A DNA stretch of 64,000 nt from the human T2T-CHM13v2.0 reference genome, Homo sapiens (GCF_009914755.1 NC_060927.1); one strand, 5' to 3'; shown: positions 1 to 17,448, counted from the stretch's first letter. The notes: generated from the letters alone by a model not told the origin. Program-made: numbers and translations.

Positions 1-1585
1 AGTCCCTTGCCTTACTCCTTCTGGCTCTAACTGAAATTGTTCCTAAACCTCAGTCCCTTTCATAGCTGTTAGATATCAGTAATGCCACTAACCTGCCTGG
101 ACCAGCACCTAGCTCTTGCTATCAAACTCCTTGGGTAAGAGCTTCATCTTTCTGGTATGGCATCTTCCTGTCTCCCTTTAAAGCCACCCGAATACTGACT
201 GCTTTGCTATTGGACATCTGCATTTCATCCTGTTGCTTCCTGCCTATATACCCCTAAGTCTGGTCCACTAAAATGTTCTGACCAGTTGTTAAGACCTTCC
301 TTTGGATCTGGCCTGCCCTGCTTCTGACAGGGCCCCTGAGCTGACAGTGCACTGAGGCGTGTTCTGGCTACAACAGAGCTATTGATGTGCTTATCTCTCT
401 GGCCTCAGCTTCATGGGAAAAGGATGGAGACGCACACTTCAATTGTGAATCATGTCTTGTTCCCATTTTCAGAAAAACGTAGGCTGCTGCAGTTTTTACA
501 TTTTGTCGGGGATCTAGATGGAAAGCCAAATATAAAAAGCGCAGGAAGGAATACAAAGATATTAGTTGACTGATAGAAAATTTACATTAAGTTCCCTCCT
601 AGCATTAAACTTTCATCTTTGTTCAGGTTCAACTCATACTAATTGAGGATTCTAAACTGGAAACATTTTTGTGATTTTATTTGAGCCCTGGGGTTTAGAG
701 ACAGGAAGAAATTAAGGGATACAATATTATACAAACTTTACGAATGAAGACATTTGTTAAGATATTTGTCTTTACTGCCTAATTTATGATTTTTTTGTGG
801 ATTTCAAAAAATATTTTAAGTCCACAGAAAAAAAATAAGTTACGCAGTAGAGAGTTGAATCTGAATCCAGAGCTCACTTTACTGGAGATGTCTTCCTTCT
901 CTTGTGAGGACCTCCAGACAGGAATTCCTTTCAGCGCCTGCAAACAGGAGGCTTTGTTCTAGTCAATTTCTTCAGACTTCTGGTAGCCTCCAAACTCATC
1001 ATCTGGTAGGATCACAGGGAAACTAAAAGAGCCAAATACTAGGACAATAAAGCCTCAGCCACTAAAACCCTCTGAATTCTACTGCTGGGTATTCACCACT
1101 CTAATGATTCTAGGCTGCTCTGCCCACCCTTATCACCATTTCCCCACATCTACGTTATGCGTCATGTAACCTGTGGTATCCTGCATGCTGGCACCAAGTT
1201 TTCCCACCCAATCTTGCATCCCTGCTTCTATGAATAGCATCTACATGTGCTTCCCCCAGGACTGCTGAGCCCCCTCTTCTGTTCTCTTCTTTAGTGCCTG
1301 ATGGGTACTAGCAGCCCACCCCAGCCAGATGGAGGACAAGGCCTCTCCAAGTCTCAAGGAAATGCACAATCCTTCCTTACCTCTGGCCTCAGAACTCTCA
1401 GCATCTCATTGATTAGCAACCTCATCTGTGGCAAATCTAAGGTAATTGCTTTGAAGGTAATAAGATGATGTAATATGTAATGTTTTTACTTTATATAAAG
1501 CATCAGTAGCTCACATTTTATGATTTGTAGTCACTAAGATTAACAACTCATGATTTACTATCAAGTATAGATTAAAAGGTAATTA

Positions 1586-1984
<399 letters not shown>

Positions 1985-2141
1985 TTAATAAAGAAAAATG
2001 TTTTGAATTCACTCTGTAGAAATTTAAAACTGCTTGATGTTTTAGTGATCAAAATAAAATTATCAAAGCTAAAAATACCAAATAGATATGCCACTAAATT
2101 GATTATTTTGTTCCTCATAGTAATTTTAAAAAATACATTCA

Positions 2142-2443
2142 GGCTGGGTGCAGTGGCTCACACCTGTAATCCCAGCACTTTTGGAGTCCAGGCAGGTGGA
2201 TCACGAGGTCAGGAGTTTAAGACCAGCCTGGCCAATATGTTGAAACCCCGTCTCTACTAAAAATGCAAAAATTAGCCAGGCATGGTGGCGCGTGCCTGTA
2301 GTCCCAGCTATTCAGGAGGCTGAGGCAGGAGAATCACTTGAACCTGGGAGGCGGAAGTTGCAGTGAGCCGAGGTCATGTCACTGCACTCCAGCCTGGGTG
2401 ACAGAGCAAGACACCGTCTCAAAAAAAAAAAAAAAAAAAAAAA
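2142..2443 (+). mobile_element. Alu (AluS, Sg-like)
   Basis: Full dimer with poly(A) tail; TSD-like AATACATTCA / AATGCATTCA. Confidence 0.95.
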
Positions 2444-4132
2444 ACAGAATGCATTCAGAGGAAAATATTGGCAGAACTCATAAAACTTGCCAATGTGACT
2501 TCTGGAGAAATCTTCACTCATCATACCTGAATATTTTATATTCTGTCTGACTTCACTACTCATCTTGGCTACCCTGAAAATAGATTCCAGCTTCCTGATT
2601 ACCTCACCAGCCTGTCTGTGGTTTCTTCAACCAGGCTGTCCCTACACCAGTCCAGTCCTGCTGTGTTTATTTCCAAATTACCTCTCGGTAGCAGTACCTG
2701 ACCATATGCAGATTGCCCATATGGAAATGTATTTGAAGGGATAAACCAGTGATCATCATTCTCTTAACCTCTTGGAAAAAAGAGATCTATTTGATGTCAA
2801 CACTGTGTCTATGTTCTAGCAAATAACATTTTGTTGAGTGAACAAAATAAATTTATATTTCAAAAGAGATGTACACATAAAATTACCCTGGATAGGAAAT
2901 TAGAACATCTTGGATCCGGTCTGTTTCTTCCGTTAACTAGGTCTGGTATCTTAGGCAAGTCCCTTTCTGGGCTTCTTTTACTCCCATCAGTAATGGAAAA
3001 TGTGAAACTAGATCTCTGAGATGTCTCCTAGATCTCCATATTCTTTAATTCTTTCATTTAAAATATATACTTTTGTCACATTCCTAGAGATCCCCAAAGC
3101 ATTGCTCCCCCTCTTCCTACATCTGTCTCTGGGATAAAGTTAAACTTTGGTTCCCAAGCAAATTTCGAAGCTCCCTCTGGGGTCATTAAAAGTCTTAGTT
3201 TACTCAGAGCTTGTTGGTTTTGCCTAGAAATCTCGGCTGCTCTCACCCAGTAGAGCAAGAGACTACTGTTATTGTTTTGAGCCAGCCCGTAGCATAGTAA
3301 CAATTCTGGGCAATACGGAGTTGATCCATATGCCCAGCTCCCTGGGGAACCTCCTTACTTCAGTCTGTCCAGCATGCGTGTTCGCCTTCTGTCTTTGGGC
3401 CTTTATCCATAGGAAAGACGAAATATGAATATAATCCAGGACTGAGGGAAAATAATGACTGGAATTGCAGCTACTCTATTCTACCACTTCACATGATAAA
3501 TAGAGAAGCTAAGACCCAGGTGCAATGATGAAGCTCACCTAAAATAATAACAAATGATTGGTTAAACCAATATCTTAACTCCTCTCTCCTGTTGGATTGA
3601 ATCCCTTGTCACTCTGTTCCTTGGAGAAATTCGGAATGTAAGTAGTAAACTAACTGAGCCAGTTTACTTCTGAAGGAGGGAGACACTTTATATTTTAAAA
3701 TAAACTTATTTAACTCTAAACCAGTTTCAAACTTTCAATCACTACTTTTGAGGTACTATAAAAATATACCTATGTACGCTTAAAACCTTTTCAGGTTCAG
3801 AGGACTAGGACTAGCTTTAGATGACTCCTTACTTTCAGTGATGCAAGTCGTATAAACAAAATATCCATTTTTGTTCACACTTCAGTCCTAATATACCCAT
3901 GAGAAAACATGAGTCACTAACTTGACGTTCTACTCCTGGAAGACTGCCAGCCCTCAGGTTCTATCACATAAAAGCAAATGATAGGTTGATTTGTTAAAAT
4001 AAATATCAAATAAATTATAATTAATTTCCTTCAAAGTAGACACCTTGGTGTTACATACGCTGATCTCATTGATGATATCAATGCTTTGGGAAGGACTTGT
4101 GGAGAAATTTCTTATTTTATAACCAAAACTGA

Positions 4133-4230
4133 TTGTTTTTCTTTTTTACCAAAGAAGAGTCTTTTTAAATTCATTTTCCATTTTGTTTTTCTTTTTTACC
4201 AAAGAAGAGTCTTTCTAAATTCATTTTCCA
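4133..4230. repeat. Tandem duplication, 50-bp period, 2 copies
   Basis: 4133-4180 and 4183-4230 are identical except one T/C. Confidence 0.95.
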
Positions 4231-6101
4231 AAATCAACTCCAGGTGACATTTAGATGTTTCCTGAATTCGAGTAAACTTCAAAAGATAAAGAATTACCCT
4301 TATTAAAAATAATAGTAATTGAAGCCAGTCTTCTAAATGTTCAGAGACCTTTCTTTTGATTAATGAATAATCATTTCATATATAATAATCACAGATTTTT
4401 AAAATGTAATGTTACTTTAATTTTTGTAGCCCTTGATCATTTTCAAAGCCCTTTCACATGTGTAAAATGATAGTGATACAGCTGATGTCTCACCACCTGG
4501 TCTGGTCTTCTGGGCATTTCCTATATAAAGGCTTTGGGTTGTGTTGCAAAGCTGGAGAAATTCAAAATCTTGCTTGCCCCCTGGGACTGCCATTAGTAAA
4601 CCAATGACAATCTGCTTACCTATACCCTAGGACTCTACACTTCAAACTAATGTACTCCTCACATTTCCATCATTATTGAAAACTTTAGCTAGTAGGAAAA
4701 CTTTTATTAAAGCAATCCATTTATCTTTCTAGAGACATTCTCTGTACTCCAGAGTTTTCCCACACTTTGAGAAATAAACTTAATAGTATGAATCCCAAAT
4801 GTTGGGATATATGAAAGAGTTGCTATTAAATATCTTTTTTTCTCTATTTTTTCCTTACTTCATTCCTGATATATTCACTAGAAAACAATTACTGAACTCT
4901 GCATCTGAAAGACTGCCAGACCTCAGATTGTTACACAAAATTTGAAATTCTCCAGGGATCTGCTTCTCTATTATTGCAAGATAACAGAAAAGAACAGTTA
5001 AAAATAGGAGTTTACCCTTGTATTACACTTGCTACCCCATGTTCACTGGCAAAACTTATGACCCTTCTCTTGGAAGATTATGCTGTAATTGACTAAGGCT
5101 TTCTGATAAGGACATTAAAATTCAGAGATAAAATTTTTATTTATTCACTTCTTTTTCAGTGACATTCCTTGTAAGAGGACCTCTGATGTGACATTTTAAG
5201 AATAGAACGATGTGGCCAGATTATGTATTTATTCAAAATCTGTTTTTTTCTCCATGATTAGAGATTAAAACTCAGATTTTCCTGATAATGAAACAGACTA
5301 TGACCTCAGGATATGCTTTATCTCAAATCTCACAATGAATCTAGGACTAAATCAGCAAATGAGGCTCAGTGACTAGCTTTCCAGTAGTGGTTAGGCAAAT
5401 CACATGGTCTCCTACTATCATACTTGTCCAAACTTCCTACTACCTTCCTTTTTCCCTGCAACCACACAGTGACCTACTATTCCAAAAGAAAGTTGAAGAG
5501 CTCATGATGAGCAAGGAAATTATACAGAGATAATCTTGGATGCTTAAGCTCATTGGATGCTCCAGGCTGAGAGAATCTTTTAAGTTCCTCTAGTCCAGAT
5601 TCCTGATTCAGGTGAAGACGCTGAAGCCTAGATTAGAAAGTGATTAACATACGATGTTATAGTGATTGGTGGCCGAACTAGAAACACATCATGTTTTTGT
5701 AGATAGAGCTCTTTTTTTTTTTTTAAGAATGACCATGTCAGGATTGAGATTTAAAACTCTTCCTTGCTGATTTAACGAAAATTGTAGTTAAACTGCATAT
5801 GGGATCCTTAGATGTTCTTTAGAGTCTCCGAGGCTTTTTGGAAACCCTGCTCCCACTTCGGCCAGAGCTCTTTGATTTTATTTGCATATAATGTATTAGA
5901 AAACTAATAAGATACTGCTACTTCACGCTTTGAAAAACCTTAGCTTCGGAAAAGCCACACGTACAGCCAACACACCCCATAAACTCCAGGCAGGATCTGT
6001 GAAGAAGACATTATTGAGGACAAAGAAAATATGCAAGATTTATCAAGGGCTCAAAGTTGAAAACATCAATATTGTTCAACTGCACAAGAGTTTGGAAGTT
6101 G

Positions 6102-6656
6102 TGTAATGCCCAACCTGGTTTTTACTAACCCTGTTTTTAGACTCTCCCTTTCTCCTTTAATCATCTAGCCTTGTTTCCACCTGAATTGACTCTCCCTTAG
6201 CTAAGAGAGCCAGACTGACTCTATCTTGGCTCTTTCACTGGCAGCCCCTTCCTCAGGGACTTAACTTGTGCAAGCTGACTCCCAGCACATCCAAGAATGC
6301 AATTAACTGATAAGATACTGTGGCGAGCAATATCCGCAATTCTCAGGATTTTGTCTGATTGATGACGCCCAAAGCCCCGGATCTATCACCTTGTAATAGT
6401 CTTAAAGCCCCTGCACCTGGAGCTGTTTACTTTCCTGTAACCATTCATCCTTTTAACTTTTTGCCACTTTATTTCTGTAAAATTGTTTTAACTAGACCCC
6501 CCCCTCTTTCCAAACCAAAGTATAAAAGAAAATCTAGCCCCTTCTTCTAGGGGCCGAGAGAATTTTGAGTGTTAGCCGTCTCTCGGTCGCCGGCTAATAA
6601 AGGACTCTTAATTCGTCTCAAAGTGTGGCGTTTTTCTAACTCGCTCGGGTACAACA
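6102..6656 (+). mobile_element. Solo ERV1 LTR, LTR6A/LTR6B family (HERV-S71/T)
   Basis: TGTAATGCCC...GGGTACAACA termini, 555 bp, 4-bp TSD GTTG on both sides, TATAAAA near 6521 and AATAAA near 6596; resembles recalled LTR6 consensus. Confidence 0.8.
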
Positions 6657-7319
6657 GTTGCTTTTGGTTTTACTTTCCATTGCATTGTGGTGTGTTTTTC
6701 TCCATTTCCATGGAGAAGAATATTCTCATTTACTTCTAGGTATTAGGTCAAGATGACCAAGCAAACAAATCAAGCAACTGTGATCCAGCAGCAGAGTATG
6801 AAGATGGATCTAAACACAATGAGGATTCAATGAGGGATCAGGGATAGACTCTGAACAATAGTGTTAAATCCAAGAGGCAAGTTGAAGAAACTTGAAAGAC
6901 AGAGAAAGAACCACTGGTCAATCAAACAAATTAGTATTGGAACACTAGAGAAATGAGAAGGTGTCTTTATTGTGGGCCCCTCCCCTTAATCTCATCTACT
7001 CTTTTTTAGTCTTTCCCATATCATTAAATCTCTCAACATACACCTAGTTGCTCAAACAACAACAAAAAACCTTAAAATTATTGTTGAGATCTATTTTTCC
7101 TCATACTCAATAGCTAATCCCTCAGCCTTGTCCACTGAAAATTTTAAAAATATCTCACTAAACTAATTTCTTTATTTCTAATGTAGGCCACTACTCCACA
7201 ACAACCAACCAATATCTCTCACTTGGTAAACTGCAATAGCTTCTTACCAGTCTCCCAGCTTGTATTCTTGTCCCCTGAAACTTTTTCTCCATACAACAAA
7301 CAAAAAGCTCTATTAATAA

Positions 7320-9665
<2,346 letters not shown>

Positions 9666-10552
9666 AATGAAATATAAAAATGTAGTATACTAGAACAGAA
9701 AAGATACAGAAAGCTTACAGTTTTACAGGATTAATATGGCAAAACATTCAAAATGGTTAACTTATTTGAAAAATGTTGTCTTAAATAATAGTTGTTAGAT
9801 ATTGCCAAAATATAATGTGAATAAAACAAAAAGACACTATGTGAAAATAATTAGATAGTATTATGTACATACTTTTATATTAAAGGCAGTTAGAATTAAA
9901 AATATCTTCTCTTTGGTAGAATTTGTCATGAGCTTATCAAAAACCTCAGCATCAGTTAACTGATCACTTTCTTACTTAAAAATATAGTTTATAGAGAAGA
10001 GTCAATTGAAGTCATCAATAATTTCAAATTAATTAATTAAAAAAAGATTGGAAGAACATTACCAGTAATTTTATAAAGTTAAAAATGTAAAGCCCTTGTG
10101 ATGATATTTGCACAACCCTGTAAATTTATTTTAAAATATTTAATTGTACACTTAAAATGGGTGAACTTTATGGTATATAAATTACACCTCAATAAATCTA
10201 TTAAACATTAAAAATAAAAGAAGCCACTTTGAAGAACAAAATATATTCTAGGAAACAAACTTAGTAATATAATAGTAGAAGTAAAATAAGAAGACATTAA
10301 AATTTAGGAAAATGTATCAAAAATAATTATTCTATTGTTTCTTCATAATATTTAATAAACAATTTAAATAATTATATTTTAATAGATATGAATATGTTAT
10401 TTTGCCTTTAAGAGGTTAATTTTTAAAAATAATATTTGAATTAACTACTATTATTGGTTTATGAGGAAACCATTTGCTATGATCAATCGAAATTAAAAAA
10501 ATTTACATATGAATATGATTATGTCATTGTCCAGCTTAATATTCTTCAATGA

Positions 10553-10962
<410 letters not shown>

Positions 10963-11175
10963 AGGCAACTCGCCTTTTTTTAAACTTGCCCAAATCTTTC
11001 CCATCTCAGATCCTTTCTATATTCTCATTTTTTGGAAATTTCCCCTATCCTTCAGGTATCAAGGTAATTGTTACTTTCTCAAAGAGATTTTTCTGGCTCT
11101 CTTTATTCTCAATCCCTCTCATAGTCTATTATGCATTATACTGTCATTTGCCTTCATGGCACTGACCACTACATA

Positions 11176-11198
11176 TGTGTGTGTGTGTGTGTGTGTGT
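11176..11198. repeat. (TG)n microsatellite
   Basis: About 11 perfect TG units. Confidence 0.9.
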
Positions 11199-13419
11199 TT
11201 ATCTTTCTCCTTGAATACTTTGTAAGCTCCATGAATGTAAAAATCACATATTTTGTTCACCGCTGTGTATCTAGCAACTAGAATCGTTCTTAACATAAGT
11301 CAATATTGTCAATTGACTAATTAATTAAAAAAAGATGAATAAATAAGTAAAGAATAAAATAAGTAAAGAAAATAAAGAAGTAAAGAGAAAAGTAACAAAT
11401 ACTCAGCTGATATACAGCCTAAAAAACGCAGGAAAAGCTTCCTTTTTAACCTCCATGCCCGATGCAACTTCTGTCAATTTGTTTTCATTATCCCCTGGGA
11501 GAACAATAGAAAAAACTCAAGTCCATTTATTTGACATCTCCTCACATATTTGAAAATAACACTTTATTAGTAAGATTCTTAATAATTGAATTAATTTACT
11601 ATATATCTCTTATGTGTCTGTTATGTGCAAGTGACTTACTTAATTCAGTGGAGAATTCATCAGATAACACACCCTTTCCTCAAAGAAGACAATCTAGGGG
11701 ACATAGAAACAAATACAATTCAAAGAGAAAGGTGGCTTGTGTTATAAGAGACTTCAAAAGAACATATTATGCTAATTCTAGCTTAGTGGCCAGAAAATTC
11801 GTGGAAGAGGTAATGTTTGAGCTGAACTGTGTAGGACAGGTGAGATTTCAATAGAATGAAGTTAGGAGAGAAACAACAGCATTCCAGAGAAAGAAAAAGT
11901 ATGACGTGATGCACATGTGTAGAAATATAGGACACAGTTGAGAAACAGAAAGGAGCCCAGTTTTCCCACAACGTATGTCATGAGAAGCAGTAAGACATCG
12001 CCTGAAAGGAGGGATGAAAGCAATTTTTTGAAGCCAATGATTCCCGAGGTTTAGGCTCTATTTATTTATAGAGAATGGTAATCTGTTAAAGTTCTTTTGC
12101 ACAAGGTGGTAGCAAATTTACAAGATTAAACTGGGACCTATACATCAATTATATTAAGTAGGTACTCTGGACCCCTTGACCAGGAGCTTTCAGTAAGATG
12201 GTTACTGCAATTGTCTTGGAAAATAGTACTATAAACCCAAATTAGGATGTGGTGTAGGTAATGGAGAGAAGAGCAAAGTTAGACCTTGGTTGTGATAAAT
12301 GAGATGTGTTCTATATTCTGTGAGATTTCTCCGGTATAACTGAGCCTCGATTGCCTACAGTATTAACATGTTCCATAATACAACGTTCACCAGCTTCCTT
12401 CCATTCTCTCTCTCTCATTTCACCACTTTCCTTACAGTTTTTCCTGGGATCACCTTCCAAATATGCTGCTTGCACTTATATACGTGATTCAGGGATATTA
12501 GCGCAAGTAGCACTTGATTCTGAAAACAGCAACAACAGAAACTAACCTCAGTCAAATAACATTAATAGTAACAAATACAAAAATAAGAACAACTTGAGGG
12601 TGGAGGTTGGAAGGAGAGGATTAGCAATGATTTTTGACATTTCGAGCAGAATTGGAATTTTTATTATTACCCATACTTAGCTGAATCAAATCAACATAAA
12701 ACATAAAGTATAATTTGAGTTCATAAGATACACAAATATGTAAATGATGAATTGTAAGGATTTTACATATGTAAATATTGTACATCTCTGTTTTCACATT
12801 TTTAATTTAACATTATTTTTCTATCAAACTGATAATAAATCAAAGCAGATGAAGGCTGTGGTTCACACACATACCAATATAGCCCAAAATTGAATTCCAA
12901 AGATCCTCTGAAATAGCTCCACTTGTAATAGGGAAAGCTGAAGTATAAATTGCTCCCTTTTATTAAACATATACCAAATAAAATCTCAATAGAATCGAAG
13001 TTAAATATAAAACCTGTAGTTATAAAGGGATAGGTAAAAATGAAAGTCACTACTTGATCTGTAAGTGGTGAAATAACTTCCGAACATAAAAGCAAATGAA
13101 TAAATTACAAAATAAGAGACTTAAATACTTAGCTACATAGATAAATTTCAAATATTAAAATTGAATATAAATAATGAACTTTGAAAGTATTAAAACATAT
13201 TATACAGTATTATTATCATTTATATAAAGAATTCTGACAAATTAGTAGGATAAATGCTTCAACTGTGATAGAAAAAAGGCATAATAGGGTTTCTGAATGA
13301 AAAAATATAAGTGAATGTTAAACGTTAAAATGTTTAAATATTCCTATTTTAGCTTATTAAATTGGTAAAATCTAAAAATAATACTGGCTGAAAATTCTAT
13401 GAATCATCATTCTCATCGG

Positions 13420-13660
13420 TATGGATTCACAATCCCTCATCCACACTTCCAAAGTTCAAAGATTTTTTCATAGCTCATTTGCCACTAAACACTGACTCGA
13501 ATTCATACGATGCTGCTCACAGTTTGTATTGCTTCTACTTTATGAGACTATCAATACATTTTGCTAAGGAAAGCATTTCCCTAGACTCCAAATAGGATGT
13601 TACTTAATAGAGGTTAAAGGCAACACGTTACCTCTCTAAAACCCAAAAGTTGGAGATCCT
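13420..13660 (+). mobile_element. hAT DNA transposon relic (MER96B-like)
   Basis: Resembles recalled MER96B (CACAATCCCTCATCC...CATAGCTCATTTG...TTACCTCTCTAAAACCC); heavily diverged. Confidence 0.45.
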
Positions 13661-14219
13661 CAGGACCTTAATCTAAGAAAAAATAGTAGCATATAGAAAT
13701 ACTTATAAATAATGATGTTGCTGAGTGTTATACATAATAGTAAAAAACTGAAAATAATCCATTCATCAATAAGAGAGTGTAAGACAACAATGGTATCAAT
13801 GAATGCTACAACATCATAGTAAAAACACACTTTCAAAAACATTTGATGACATGAGCCAGAATTGAGGTAATAGCAAAACACCTATGCATACATGAAACAA
13901 TAATCCCAACTACATATTTATAGAAAAAAGTATTTGAAGAAAAAGATTATCTTTGGGAAGTAGAATTATGAGTTGTTTTGATTTTTTAAAAACTTAACTT
14001 GTGTTCCATAAATCTTCCACAAATTACATACTACTCCAAAAAGAAAAAAAAATCCTATTTATATTTAAATTTTGAAATGTTTTCACTTATTTGAGCTCAG
14101 AGTGAGCTCTAAAAAATAGAGCCCAAGCTCAGAAATTTGGACTAATATTTGCATGGTTCAGACTCTCAGACTTGATGAAATTAAAGGCCATATGTTACCC
14201 TTTGTAATTAAAATATTTG

Positions 14220-15260
14220 TCTTTTCTTTATAATTTCAACTTTTACTTTAGATTCAGGGGGTGCACATGCAGGTTTGTTACCTGAGTATATTGCATGATG
14301 CTGAGGTTTGGGGTAGGATTGATCCCATCACCCATAGTACCTAATAGTTCATTTTTCAACGCTTGCTCCCTTACTCCCTTCTCCTTCTAGTTGTCCACTC
14401 TTGTTGCCATCTTTATGTCCACAAATACTCAATGTGCAGCTCCCACTTATAAATGATAACATACAGTATTTGGTTTTTCATTCCTTCGTTAATTCACTTA
14501 GGATAATGGCCTCCGGCTGCATCCATGTTGATGCAAAGAACATAATTTTGTTCTTTTTTATGGCTGCATAGTATTCCATAGTATATATGTACTACATTTT
14601 CTTTATTCAATTCCCTGTTGATGGGCACCTAGGTTGATTCCATGTCTTTGCTATTGTGAATAGTGCTGCAACGAACACACAAGTTCATGTGTCTTTTTGG
14701 TAAAATAATTTGTTTTCTTTTGGGTATATACCTAGCAATGGGATTGCTGGATTAAATGTTAATTCTGAGTTCTTTCAGAAATCTTCAAACTGCTTTCCAC
14801 AGTGGCTGAGCTAATTTATATTCGCATCAAGAGTATATAAGCATTCCCATTTCCCCACAGCCTCGCCAGCATCTGTTTTTTTGTTTTTTTTTTTTTGAGA
14901 CGATGTCTCGCTCTGTCATCCAGGCTGGAGTGCAGTGGCACAATCTTGGCTCACTGCAAGCTCTGCCTCCCGGGTTCATGCCATTCTCCTGCCTCAGCCT
15001 CCTGAATAGCTGGGACTACAGGTGCCCGCCACCAAGCCCGTTTAATTTTTTTTTTTTGTATTTTTAGTAGAGACAGGGTTTCACCGTGTGAGCCAGGATG
15101 GTCTCCATCTCCTGACCTCGTGATCTGCCCGTCTCGGCCTCCCAAAGTGCTGGGATTACAGGTGTGAGCTGCCGCACCCAGCCCAGCATCTGTTGTTATT
15201 GACTGTTTAATAGTAGTCATTCTGACTGTGAGACGGTATCTCATTGTAGTTTTGATTTGT
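14220..15260 (-). mobile_element. L1PA (older primate) 3' end, split by AluY
   Basis: Reverse L1PA 3' UTR and ORF2 end (CATGCAGGTTTGTTAC, TATGGCTGCATAGTATTCC, GGGATTGCTGG). Confidence 0.9.
14876..15183 (-). mobile_element. AluY-like
   Basis: Y diagnostics (GCAAGCTCTGCC, GCCATTCTCC, AGGATGGTCTC); TSD CAGCATCTGTT. Confidence 0.95.
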
Positions 15261-15632
15261 GAGAAAATACTTTTCATTTACCAATTGTTGACTCAGGGTG
15301 TTTGTTATTCTTTGTTATTTATCATAAGGGAATATATAAAGAGCTTGAACATAGTTTAAACCTCAAGATTAAAAGTTATAATATGTTAGAATATTATTAC
15401 ATAATGTTTATGTAACATTTTTTGCAGTTTGTATACCACTAGAACGTCTATTTTCTAATTCTTTATGTATGTATATGGGTTTCTGGGTATATAAAAATGT
15501 AGTTTAAAAAACACAAACACATACAAAGAATAATATATTTCTGAGTTCTCACACCCAGTATTAGTATCTATTAACATTCTGCCATTTTTTTTTTGTAAAG
15601 GAACACCTTCTACTTAAAATTGAAGTCTTCTG

Positions 15633-15975
<343 letters not shown>

Positions 15976-16324
15976 TCACATATATGTATATATGTATACA
16001 CATGTATATCTCTATGAACAATATATTCTTTTGTATTGTGTGTGTGTGAGGGGTATTTTAAATTCTATGTAACTTTTATTGTATATATTGTTTTTCCCTT
16101 TATTTTTGAATATTATACTCTTTTATCCATGTTGGGAAGAAACACACACACACACACACATTAGTCATTTATTGTGTAAACTACAAAATTTTCTTGTCAT
16201 TTGTTCTTTGAAATAACCCTCCCACACCCACTTTACAGATAGAATATTAAGTGAGTCACCAGGATTTGTAAAAGACACTTAACTAGAATTGTTGTAAACT
16301 TAGTTAGGTGTCTGATATTCTTTC

Positions 16325-16692
16325 TTTCACTCGCGTCCATGTGAAGAGACCACCAAACAGGGTTTGTGTGAGCAACAAGGCTGTTTATTTCACCTGGGGG
16401 CAGGTGGGCTGAGTCCGCAAAGAGAGTCAGTGAAGGGACATAGGAGTGGGGCCGTTTTATAGGATTTGAGTAAGTAGTGGAAAATTACAGTCAAAGGGGG
16501 TTGTTCTCTGGCTGACAGGGGTGGGGGTCACAGGGTGCTCAGTGGGGGAGCTTTTGAGCCAGGAGAAGGAATTTCATAAGGTAACGTCATCAGTTAAGGC
16601 AGGAACAGGCCATTTTCACTTCTTTTGTCATTCTTCAGTTACTTCAGGCCATGTGGATGTATACGTGCAGGCTTGGGCCCAGAGACCTGACA
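16325..16692 (-). mobile_element. Solo HERV-H LTR (LTR7 family, different subtype from the adjacent provirus)
   Basis: Minus strand reads TGTCAGG...GCGAGTGAAA; TATAAAA at 16461-16455, AATAAA at 16389-16384; TSD CTTTC/TTTTC. Confidence 0.93.
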
Positions 16693-16915
16693 TTTTCTTT
16701 TTCTTTTTTTTTTTTTTTTTTTTTAAGATAGAAAAGTCAGGTTTACAGAAACATGGAAATACATCATTGATTATCAATTTTTGTTATACTGGAGAACATT
16801 TGGAGATTTGTATATTTTTGAGGGATGAGTTAGAAATGATGGCTTTAGTGTTTACTAGCATAATTTGCATGTGAAACTTCTGACATAAATGAAATATAAC
16901 TGCATATATGTCTCC

Positions 16916-17325
16916 TGTCAGGCCTCTGAGCCCAAGCTAAGCCATCATATCCCCTGTGACCTGCACGTACACATCCAGATGGCCGGTTCCTGCCTTAACT
17001 GATGACATTCCACCACAAAAGAAGTGAAAATGGTCTGTTCCTGCCTTAACTGATGACATTGTCTTGTGAAATTCCTTCTCCTGGCTCATCCTGGCTCAAA
17101 AGCTCCCCCACTGAGTACCTTGTGATCCCCACTCCTGCCCACCAGAAAACAACCCCCTTTGATGGTAATTTTCCTTTATCTACCCAAATCCTATAAAACG
17201 GCCCCACCCCATCTCCCTTTGCTGACTCTCTTTTCAGACTCAGCCTGCCTGCACCCCGGTGATTAAAAGCTTTATTGCTTACACAAAGCCTGTTTGGTGG
17301 TCTCTTCACACAGACATGCATGAAA
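16916..17325 (+). promoter_or_regulatory. HERV-H 5' LTR (LTR7) promoter
   Basis: Duplicated CCTGCCTTAACTGATGACATT blocks, SOX-type ACAAAAG near 17015, intact TATAAAA 17192-17198, ATTAAA 17262-17267. Confidence 0.95.
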
Positions 17326-17327
17326 TT

Positions 17328-17345
17328 TGGTGCCGTGACTCAGAT
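17328..17345 (+). other. Primer-binding site for tRNA-His
   Basis: TGGTGCCGTGACTCAGAT, one mismatch to the HERV-H site TGGTGCCGTGACTCGGAT. Confidence 0.93.
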
Positions 17346-17448
17346 CGTGACCTCCCTTGGGAGGTCCTCCTGTTCTTTGCTCCTTGAGAAAGATCCACCT
17401 ATGGTCCTCAGACCGACCAGCCCAAGAAACATCTCACCAATTTCAAAT

